Assembly (NCBI GenBank): GCA_038087875.1
Contig: CM075982.1
Coordinates: forward strand, 2,852,001 to 2,916,000
Length of the DNA: 64,000 nucleotides
Reading direction: 5' to 3'
From: Malacoraja senta
Taxonomy: Eukaryota
Both the position numbers and the translations under genes were made by a program. Positions within the stretch are counted from its first letter, which is position 1. Each line of letters begins with the position of its first letter. The notes under the pieces are model-generated. The model did not search any database. It saw nothing but the letters and a program-made list of their open reading frames with translations, and was not told the DNA's origin. This document shows positions 12,753-23,605 of this stretch, one piece after another.

Positions 12753-15104
12753 TCACATATGCAACTGCAGAGTGAAATTAATTCTGCATATATTACACAC
12801 GCGGGTGCCGCCACTTTTGGCACCATTATGCAATGTCCAGTCGGCCCGCGCTTGATGTACTGGAGCAGTTCCCGCAACCAATGTCCCTGGTCATCTCCTC
12901 GCCCGGCCATCTTTGTCTCCCGGGGACGCCTCCTGCAGCCAACCTGAAGGCGCCAGAGGCATTAGCCCGGTTCACCCTCCTACCCGTCCCTTGTCCAAAC
13001 GGAAAGAAAATGGAGTCAATGCAGTAGGTTGCTGATAGATTATTCCTACAATGCAAAGCTTTTGTATGTACAACAGGTCATATTGCCTTACGCCACAGCA
13101 GATGTAACACTTTACATCCTCTGTAGTGAAAGGTTAGATTTACAAGGAAGTTTAACATCTCTTTTTAATTAGAATTGTTGAAAATCTTATCCGTTTTTAT
13201 AATTGATAAAACAAAGGATGCAGGCAACATACATAAATAATGACCCTAACTTTATCCAGTAGCGCGACCTAATTAATTATTGTAGATACGAAGCAGATAT
13301 ATTGGGTGACAAATGAACGGGAGGTTCCAAAGACGCAACCTCTGCAGGAATCTTTTAGTTGAAACCAACCTCGGAATCCGTGTACCAACACGACGTTACA
13401 AGAGGAAACATATAGCTGCTTACCTTTCCCATCAATTTTAAAATCAATTCCTCTTCCCCTTCATTATATACCCATTTTGGAGCATGCACGCTGTTATCAT
13501 TTAGCTAAAAGGGATTAGAAAAGCAACTTAAACCATGCCAGGCACAGTCAAAATCATTATCTTCCTTCAAGCAAGTTGAATTTTGCATTCTATGCCTTTT
13601 CCCACTTAATGACACTGATTCATGCTGGATTTAACATGCACAGCTGCTCTGTGTTGTAGGACAATGGCCATGTTTCATGTGCCAATTTAGGCATCGCAAG
13701 CGATCGAGCTCTTGAGCTTTGGGAAGCACAAAACCAAGACCGTTATTTATTGTATACATAACTACAGTCAGCACCCGAGAGCCTTGCCAATACTCATCTT
13801 TCAAACAATAATGTGATTGTAAGGGGCAAAATTAAAACAAAAATGCTTTTTTTCAAAACCTTCTCTTTAATGACAAAGTATTGAAAGGGTGCGAAAGTGA
13901 TAAGTACAAAATACACATGATGTAATTCAGTGAGATGTAGTAGTATTTTAGGGTGTTTAAACAAAATATCTTTCAATTAAACCTTTTAAAGACATCCCTG
14001 TATGTTTACATGATGTTCCTGAATGTCTCTCTCTCTCTCTCTCCTCTCTCTCTCCTCTTAAGTTCTTCTATTTTGGTCCCACTAATCTTCGGTATGACAA
14101 TTCAATTAGTTTCCTCCAAAATAATAGTTGGTAGGTGTTGCATTTCCCAATGGCATTCCTGAACTTTAATCTGGATCCCCTACTGTTTAATCCAGAAAAA
14201 AAAGACGTTATATCATTTTAGATTTACTTTGGTTAAGTACTGTTTGCTTTGAGAGTTATAGAGTCATACAGTGTGGAGACAGGGCCTCCAGCACAACTTG
14301 CACACACTGACGAAACAATCGTGAGTCGCCAGATCGTGGCGCCATTTCCAAAGGCTGCTCCGCATACCGGGTTTAATGGAGCGGCCGGCGCCCAACCCAG
14401 GCGAGACCCTGGATCGTTCAGCAAACCGACTGTCCTCTGCTCGCTCAGCCACCTTTGTGCCCCCGGGGCGCCACCTGCAGCCGATCTTCAGGGCAAAGCA
14501 TTGAGGCACAAGTAGGTTGGACAGTCGGAACCTTTTGCCCAGGGTGAAAATGTCAAAGACTAGAAGATGGGAGGGCAGAGCTGTAAGCTGAGAGGGGCAC
14601 GTTTTTAAAAGATGATATGCGGGTAAAGTTTGTTTTTTTACAGAGAGTGGTGGGTGCCTGGAACACGCTGCCAGGGGTGGTGGTGGAAGCAGACAGTGGC
14701 ATTTAAGAGGCTTTGAGATAGACAAATGGATACGGAAGGAACGGAAGCATATGGATAACATGCAGGCTGAGGAAACTAGTTTAACTTGGCATCATGTTCG
14801 GCATGGACGTTGCGGGATGAAGTGCCTATTCCTGTGCTGTACTGTTCTATGTGTAGGAAGGAACTGCAGATGCCAGTTTATACTGAAGATAGACACAAAA
14901 TGCTGGAGTAACTCAGCGGGTCAGACGGCATCTCTGGAGAAAGGGAACAGGTGACCATTCGTCCGGCTGTACTGTTCTACATTCTATGATTCATGCTTCA
15001 TAAGTACACGATAAGAGTGCTATAGGGCAGAGAAGAGGGAAACAAGAGATATGAAAAGGTACATAGAAAAAATGAATGAAAGCTTTGCAAAAGGACATAA
15101 TAGA

Positions 15105-15600
15105 ATAGACAATAGGTGCAGGAATAGGCCATTCGGCCCTTCGAGCCAGCACTGCCATTCAATGTGATCATGGCTGATCATCCCCAATCAGTACCCCGTT
15201 CCTGCCTTCTCCCCATATCCCCTGACTCCGCTATTTTTAAGAGCCCTATCTAGCTCTCTCTTGAAAGTATCCAGAGAACCTGCCTCCACCGCCCTCTGAG
15301 GCAGAGAATTCCACAGACTCACTACTCTCTGTGAGAAAAAGTGTTTCCTCATTTCCGTTCTAAATGGCTTACCCCTTATTCTTAAACTGTGGCCCCTGGT
15401 TCTGGACTCCCCCAACATCGGGAACATGTTTCCTGCCTCTAGTGTGTCCAAGCCCTTAACAATCTTATATGTTTCAATGAGATCCCCCTCATCCTTCTAA
15501 ATTCCAGAGTATACAAGCCCAGCCGCTCCATTCTCTCAGCATATGACAGTCCCGCCATCCCGGGAATTAACCTTGTAAACCTACGCTGCACTCCCTCAAT
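15105..15600 (-). mobile_element. CR1 LINE 3' fragment
   Basis: Minus-strand RTRGHSLRI...FFSQRVVSLWNSLP plus tail. Confidence 0.9.
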
Positions 15601-18077
15601 GATTTGTTTGTTCTATGTACACTCTCATTTCCCTCTCCCCTGACTCTCAGTCTGAATAAGGGTCTCGACCTGAAATGTCACCCATTCCTTTTCGCCAGAG
15701 ATGCTGCCTGACTCGCTGAGTTACTCCAGCTTTTTTGTGTCTATCTTCAGTGTAAACCAACATCTGCAGTTCCTTCCTACACAAAAGAGTTATAGAGTTT
15801 GGTACTGCACTCTGAACGTGCATTCTTGGTAGAAACATGAACATCTGAATCATTTCAAAGTGCTCTGTGGACAACAATTTGAAAACCAGTAGTCTACATT
15901 AAGTGAGACTTACCATGATATGTTTGCGGGCAACAGACTGAAATCTTCCCATCTCCACCAATTCTCTGAATCAATTGCACTTATAAAATTTTATCTGCAC
16001 ATATACCAAGAATTACCAACATTGTTTCTTTTTACAGGATAGAAAATTCACAAATATAAGAGAACAATAATTCATGCGTGTTGAAGCAGGCAAATGATTG
16101 ATGAAGTCCTTTCTCAAGAGAAGAGATGTAACACACTATGACTAGTGAAGCACTCACTCTGCACCGTGCAGCTACAACTCAAAAATTAATTCAAATCTCG
16201 AATTATGCAAGTATTCTCTTCTGATTAGGTATTTATTGTATACTCTTTTGTACCAGGACTGGAAAATGTTCGATAAACCAAATTTGGAATCACTAAAAAT
16301 GAGGGATGGTTGAAGTAACCACTACATTTCAAGTGAGTGTGCCATGTACAATTTAATTTCCACACATTTGAAATATTACCAAAAGGGACAGAAAATAGTA
16401 TTCAAAAATAAGGCATACTAAGATATAATTTAAATACAACATATACAAATGACATATGTCCTTCCAGCCACAGTGCAAACTAATTCCTCAGTATATCTGC
16501 ACAATAATAAAAAATAAGTGGGCATTTCCAATCTTTCCTGGAAGCTGCTTTGCATTGGAAAAATATCTTGGGGTGCTGGCTGAGGACGACACAACACAAA
16601 AGATTCAAAGAATAAAAAATTGACCTTATTAATTACTGTCTTGCCAAATAAAAACCCTATCATATCATAGAGCGGCAACATCACGAAACAGCTTGAAAAA
16701 GCAGGGAAAGGTCAAATATAGAAACAAACGTTCAGATGACAGTAAACTGGAGAGCACAAACCATAAAAGATCTGTACCCAAACTCCAAATTAAACACAGG
16801 TTATTTGCCAGGGTGGTGAATCTGTGGAATTCTTTGCCACAGAAGGCCGTGGCAGCCAGGCCAATGGATATTTTTAAGGCAGAGATAGATAGATTCATGA
16901 TATGTACGGGTGTCAGGGGTTATGGAGAGAAGGCAGGAGAATGGTGTTAGGAGGGAGAGATAGATCAGGCATGATTGAATGGCGGAGTAGGCTTCATGGA
17001 CCAAATAGCCTAATTCTGCTCATATCACTTATGAACTTAAAGTGCTAAAATAGCTGCAATGTGAATAAAACATACAAAAACTAATCCAGATTATATTCCC
17101 TTAATTTTAATCCGAATCCCTTACGTCCAACCCTGCGTTAGTGGGAATGAACTTTGTATCATTTAATGCTGATTAAGTCTAGTTTGCATTTGTTCAGCTC
17201 ATCAATGGAGCCCCTCCAGACCTACTTCAGTGGATCAAACATCGATTGGTGTTACCCACTGCATCAAATGTCATCCACACGAGTTGATATTTGGAACAAT
17301 AACTCATTCTGCGTGACATTTACACAAATTGTAAACATCAGGCCCGGACTCAGGAACAGCTGTTATCAGACTTCTGAACGGTCCTGCCGTAAGCCAGTGT
17401 ACATCCCAATTCTCCTCTACTTTATTGTGGACAACTTTTCTCTGGAACTGTTACACTACAATACTGCAAAATATACTCCGCACTTTAGTATTTTTCTCTT
17501 CCTCTATTTTAGTAAACCATCCTGCCAACAAATGGAGAGCAGTCCTGAGCTACTATCTAACTCATTGGAGACCCTTGCACTTCCTTTGATCGGACTTTAC
17601 CTTGCTAAACATTATTCCCCTTATCATGTGTCTGTACATTATGGATGGCTCAATTGTAATTATGTATTGTCTTTCCGCTGACTGGTTAGCACGCAACTTG
17701 AGCTTTTCACTGTAATTCAAACTTGTGTTTAATGTCACTTGAACCGAGGTACAGTGAAACGCTTTTTTGTTGCATGCCATCCAGTCAGCGGAAAGACTAT
17801 ACATGATTAAAATTGAGCCATCCACAGTGTATAGATGCAGGTTAAAGGGAATAATGTTCAGTGCAAGATAAAGTCCAGTAAAGTCTGATTTAAGATAGTC
17901 TTGAGGGTGTCCAATGAGGTGGATGGTAGCTCAGGATCACTCTCCAGTTGGTGATAAGATGGTTCAGTTACAGTTGCTCGACCTATTGTACCTGCATTTG
18001 GCTTGACTGTCTTCACATACAGTATTATTGATTTGACTGGATAACAATAGACAATAGACAATAGGTGCAGGAGTAAG

Positions 18078-18505
18078 TGAGACCAAGCGTAGGCTTGGCG
18101 ATGGTTTCGCCGAACACCTCCGCTCGGTCCGCATTAACCAACCTGATCTCCCTGTGGCTCAGCACTTCAACTCCCCCTCCCATTCCGAATCCGACCTTTC
18201 TGTCCTGGGCCTCCTCCATGGCCAGTGAGCACCACCGGAAATTGGAGGAGTAGCACCTCATATTCCGCTTGGGCAGTTTACACCCCAGCGGCTTGAAGAT
18301 TGACTTCTCCAATTTCCGGTAGCCCTTGCTGTCTCTTCCCCTTCCCAGCACTCCCTCAGCCCTCTGGCTCCTCCTATACCTTTCTTCTTCCCGCTCCCAC
18401 CCTGCATCAGTCTGAAGAAGGGTTTCGGCCCGAAACGTTGCCTATTTCCTTCGCTCCATAGATGCTGCCTCCCCCGCTGAGTTTCTCCAGCACTTTTGTC
18501 TACCG
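18078..18505 (+). mobile_element. Penelope-like element 3' end: GIY-YIG endonuclease remnant plus pLTR with hammerhead-like core
   Basis: ETKRRLGDGFAEHLRSVR...PVAQHFNSPSH...LSVLGL...[21 protein letters not shown], followed by ctgaagaagggtttcggcccgaaacgtt. Confidence 0.85.
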
Positions 18506-18685
18506 CTGAGTTACTCCAGCTTTTTGTGTCAATCTTCAGTTTAAACCAGCATCTATAGTTCCTTCTTACACACTGACCTCCACGATCAAGAACATCTTCT
18601 TCCTAGCAACCATCAGGCTCTTGAACCATGCTGCACAACCCAACCTCAGCAACAATCTACTATGGACTTTGTTTTGGTTGTACTA

Positions 18686-20308
18686 CAGTGGCTTGCAAAA
18701 GTTTTCATACCCCTTGAACTTTTCCACATTTTGCCACGTTACAACCACAAACGTAAATGTATTTTATTGGGATTTTATGTGATAGACCAACACAAAGTGG
18801 CGCATAATTGTGAAGTGGAAGGAAAATGATACATGGTTTTCAAATTTTTTTACAAATAAAAAACTGAAAAGTGTCGCGTGCAAAAGTATTCAGCCCCCTT
18901 TACTTTGATACCCCTAAATAAAATCCAGTGCAACCAATTGCCTTCAGAAGTCACCTAATTAATAAATAGAGTCCACTTGTGTGTAATCTAATCTCAGTAT
19001 AAATACAGCTGTTCTGTGAAGGCCTCAGAGGTTTGTTAGAGAACATTAGTGAACAAACAGCATCATGAAGCCCAAGGAACACACCAGACAGGTCAGGGAT
19101 AAAGTTGTGGAGAAGTTTAAAGCAGGGTTAGCTTATAAAAAAACATCCCAAGCTTTGAACATCTCACGGAGCACTGTTCAATCCATCATCCGAAAATGGA
19201 AAGAGTATGGAACAACTGCAAACCTACCAAGACATGGCCGTCCACCTAAACTGACAGGCCGGGCAAGGAGAGCATAGATCAGAGAAGCAGCCAAGAGGCC
19301 CATGGTAACTCTGGAGGCGCTGCAGAGATCCACAGCTCAGGTGGGAGAATCTGTCCACAGGACAACTATTAGTCGTGCACTCCACAAATCGGGCCTTTAT
19401 GGAAGAGTGACAAGAAGAAAGCCATTGTTGAAAAAAAGCCATAAGAAGTCCTGTTTGCAGTTTGCCACAAGCCATGTAGGGGACACAGCAAACGTGTGGA
19501 GGAAGGTGCTCTGGTCAGATGAGACCAAAATTGACGTTTTTGGCCTAAATGCAAAACGCTATGTGTGGCGGAAACCTAACACTGCACATCCCCACTGTGA
19601 ACACACCATCCCCACTGTGAAACATGGTGGTGGCAGCATCATGCTGTGGGGATGCTTTTCTTCAGCAGGGACAGGAAAGCTGGTCAGAGTTGATGGGAAG
19701 ATGGATGGAGCCAAATACAGGGCAATCTTGGAAGAAAACCTGTTAGAGTCTGCAAAAGACTTGAGACTGGGGCGGAGGTTCACCTTCCAGCAGGACAACG
19801 ACCCTAAACATACAGCCAGAGCTACAATGGAATGGTTTAGATCATGGCATATTCATGTGTTAGAATGGCCCAGTCAAAGTCCAGACCTAAATCCAATTGA
19901 GAATCTCTGGCAAGACTTGAAAATTGCTGTTCACAGACGCTCTCCATCCAATCTGACTGAGCTTGAGCTATTTTGCAAAGAAGAATGGGCAAACATTTCA
20001 GGCTCTAGATGTGCAAAGCTGGTAGAGACATACCCCAAAAGACTTGCAGCTGTAATTGCAGCGAAAGGTGGTTCTACAAAGTATTGACTCAGGGGGGGAG
20101 CTGAATACTTTTGCACGCGACACTTTTCAGTTTTTTATTTGTAAAAAAATTTGAAAACCATGTATAATTTTCCTTCCACTTCACAATTATGCACCACTTT
20201 GTGTTGGTCTATCACATAAAATCCCAATAAAATACATTTACGTTTGTGGTTGTAACGTGACAAAATGTGGAAAAGTTCAAGGGGTATGAAAACTTTTGCA
20301 AGCCACTG
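18686..20308 (+). mobile_element. Full-length Tc1 DNA transposon, IR/DR type, Passport-like (DD34E)
   Basis: TA flanks on both sides. ~210-bp TIRs (CAGTGGCTTGCAAAAG...) with 3 visible mismatches and inner/outer direct repeats. The transposase has [14 protein letters not shown] and SPDLNPIE with D-34-E spacing. Confidence 0.97.
19065..20087 (+). pseudogene. Tc1 transposase with one in-frame premature stop (TAG 19275-19277)
   Basis: ORFs 19065-19277 and 19302-20087 are in the same frame. Paired-like HTH region with GRPPKL, catalytic DDE triad, C-terminus KGGSTKY*. Confidence 0.95.
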
Positions 20309-22592
20309 TACGTACTTTGGTTTTTGCACGTCTATGGTTTGATTACAAATTATCAATTTATTGTATTATTTATTATTGTATATTTATTTGTTGCATTATT
20401 GCGATAATAGAGTCATAGAGTAATACAGTGTGGAAACAGGCCCCTCGGCCAAACTCGCCCACACCGGCCAACATGCCCCATCTATACTGGTCCCACTTGC
20501 CTGCGCTTGGCTCGTATATCCTTCTAAACCTGTCCTATCCACGTACCTGTCCAATTGCTGCTTAAATGCTGCAATAGTTCCCGTCTCAACTACCTCCTCT
20601 GGCAGCTCGTTCCATACACCCAGTACCCTTTGAGTTAAAAAGTCACCCCTCAGCTTTCTATGAGCCCATAAATCTGCATACGGTAAGAATTTCATTGTTC
20701 CCTTCCCAGTACATCTGATAATTAAATACTCTTGCCGCTATGTTTTCATTGAGAGGAAAACCTTCTCCTGAATGCTATCCATTTTTAAGGCTCTAACTTA
20801 ATCATAGGAAAGGTTACAAAGTGCTGCAGTAACTCTGTGGGTCAGGCAGCATCTCTGAAGATCCATGTCCTCCAGAGATGTCGCCTGACCCGCAGAGTTA
20901 CTCCAGTACTTAAGTGACCTTTTTTTCTCCACCCGCATCAGCAGTTCCTGGTTACTACAGTTTAATCGTAGGGATGACTTCACTTGCACGGGAAACCTTC
21001 ACAAATTGCAATCATGAAAACGTTTCAATGAAAATATACCCAACTGGCTGTAAAATGTTTTGGACTATGCTGAGCTTACAAAAGACGCCAACGAAATTCA
21101 AGCCCACATTCTTCATAGCACGAGTGAAGCTCTGGCATTGTCTGTTGTTTGGGCGGAAGGAGGGGAGGGGGACCTGAGGATCACGGGCCATAGACTCAGA
21201 TTAATAGGACGTACCTTTAGAAAGGAGATGGGGAGGAATTTCTTCAGTCAGAGGGTGGTGAATCTGTGGAATTCATTGCCCCAGACAATGGAGATTTTTA
21301 AAGGAGGAGATTGATAGATTCTTGATTAGTGCGGGTGTCAGGGGTTATGGGGAGAAGGCAGGAGAATGGGGTTGGGAGGGAGAGATAGATCAGCCATGAT
21401 TGAATGGCGGAGTAGTCCTGATGGGGCAAATGGCCTAATTCTGCTCCTATAACATATGAATTTATAGCATCTTGACCACACAGATTTTGCGCACGAGCTG
21501 AGTTCTGGCAATGTTGGGCGGGCGGACGGAGGGGATGCGGTGAGTCCTGATCACTAACGTCAACTGTTCACTGCCTGACCTGCTGAGTCCATTCAGCAGT
21601 CTGTATTTCCCCCAAGGCTCCACCATCCGCAGCCTCTTGCGTCTCCATTTTACTCCTTTTTAATCACTGGGAAACCCTGAAATTGTTTAATTTTTATATT
21701 TTGCCCAAGTAATCCTCTTAGAACTGCGCAAAAATAGTTATTGCAACCCGATTGAAAATCTTTTCTGCAGCATCATCGAATATCATAATTATGTTTGGCA
21801 AGTTTGCTGAAGGAGCGTTAACCTATTACAGTCGACGCTGTACAAATGTGTAGCTGACCTAAGCACAATTCTGATCCAATCAAAGGATTCCAATGGTCCA
21901 ACTCACCATCCATTCACCATCCAATGTACAGAAACCCTGATCTAAGCATGCAATGTCCCCAAACTATTTAAATTTCCATTGCTCAGCACACAAAACACTG
22001 TCAATCCAGCAGTTGTCAGTCGACTTTTTGCATAGTATTATGTATACCAAAGTATATTAATTTTGAATTTTGATTCAGCTGAAGTGCAGGCTAGGACAAA
22101 TACTGTGCGTTTCATCGTCACTCACAGAAATCCCCATCTAAACACAATTAGAAATAATGCGTTTCCTGACACTGATCTTATTGAAATGTACAACATTCTT
22201 CAGGGGCTGAAGGGTTTCGGCCCGAAACGTTGCCTATTTCCTTCGCTCCATAGATGCTGCTGCACCCGCTGAGTTTCTCCAGCATTTTTGTGTACCTTCG
22301 ATTTTCCAGCATCTGCAGTTCCTTCTTTAACAATTCTTCAGGGGCTTGACAGACTTGATAATGAGTTGATATTTTCCACTGGTCAAACAAACTCTAACCA
22401 ACTTGATGCCAAGGTAAACTAATCTCCTCTGCCTGCACGTGATCCATATCATAGAGTCATAAGGTCGTACAGTGTGGAAACAGGCCCTTCGGCCCAACAC
22501 CGACCAAAATGTCCCATCTCACACTAACCCCACTTGCCTGCATTGGCCCCAAATCCCTCTAAAAATATCCTATCCATGTACCTGTCTAATTG

Positions 22593-22777
22593 TTTAAGAA
22601 GGAACTGCAGATGCTGGAAAATCGAAGGTAGACAAAAATGCTGGAGAAACTCAGCGGGTGCAGCAACATCTATGGAGCGAAGGAAATAGGCAACGTTTCG
22701 GCCCGAAACGTTGCCTATTTCCTTCGCTCCATAGATGCTGCTGCACCCGCTGAGTTTCTCCAGCATTTTTGTTTACC
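22593..22777. mobile_element. Fold-back Penelope-pLTR-derived short element with 14-bp TSD
   Basis: 75-bp inverted arms (22627-22701 / 22703-22777, 2 mismatches). TSD tacctgtctaattg at 22579-22592 and 22778-22791. Confidence 0.88.
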
Positions 22778-23296
22778 TACCTGTCTAATTGCTTCTTAGA
22801 TGTTGTAACAGATCCCGTCTCAACGACCTCCTCCGGCAGCTCGTTCCATCTACCCACCACCCAGTACCCCTCAGATTCCTACAAAATCTTTCCCACTTAA
22901 TCCTATGTCCTCCGATTCTCGATTCCTCTACTCTGGGCAAGAAACTCTGTACGTCGGCCCTGATCTATTCCATTCATGATTTTACACACCTCTAGAAGAT
23001 CACCCCGCATCCTCCTGCGCTCCAGGGAATAGAGTCCCAGCTGCTCAACCTCCTCTATAGCTCAGCCCCTCGAGTCCTGGCATTATCCCTGCATAGCCAT
23101 GTGCCCACCCTAAAGTCTCAATGAGGTCACCCATTCAGGAAAGAAAAGATGGTTAGGAAACCCAGTTGCGTCATTTATTCAAGACAGTTATTAATAATTA
23201 ATACAGATATTAAGGAAATCAAGGGATACGAGGTTTGTGTGGTAAAGTGTGGCTGGGGTAAAGGAACAATCATGATCACAATGAAACTTCCTGATA

Positions 23297-23605
23297 GGGC
23301 GGCATGGTGGCGTAGCGGTAGAGTTGCTGCCTCACAGCGCCAGACACCCGGGTTCGATCCCGACTACGGGTGCTGTCTGAAAGGAGTTTGTACGTTCTCC
23401 CCGTGACCTGCGTGGGTTTTCAACGAGATCTTCGGTTTCGTCCCACACTCCAAAGATGTGCAGGTTTATAGATTCATTGGCTTGGTGTAAACGTAAAATT
23501 GTCCCTTGTGTGTGTGTAGGGTAGTGTTAATGTGCGGGGATCGCTGGTCGGTGCAGACTTGGTGGGCCGAAGGGCCTGTTTCCACGCTCTAAAACTAAAA
23601 CTAAA
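23297..23605 (+). mobile_element. tRNA-derived V-SINE (HE1-like)
   Basis: Same A/B boxes, V-domain and tail as other copies. Confidence 0.85.

Noticed and set aside
15905-15960. Strong minus-strand donor (ATG|gtaagt) suggesting an exon
   Set aside because: No upstream frame resembles AATF and there is no clear acceptor.
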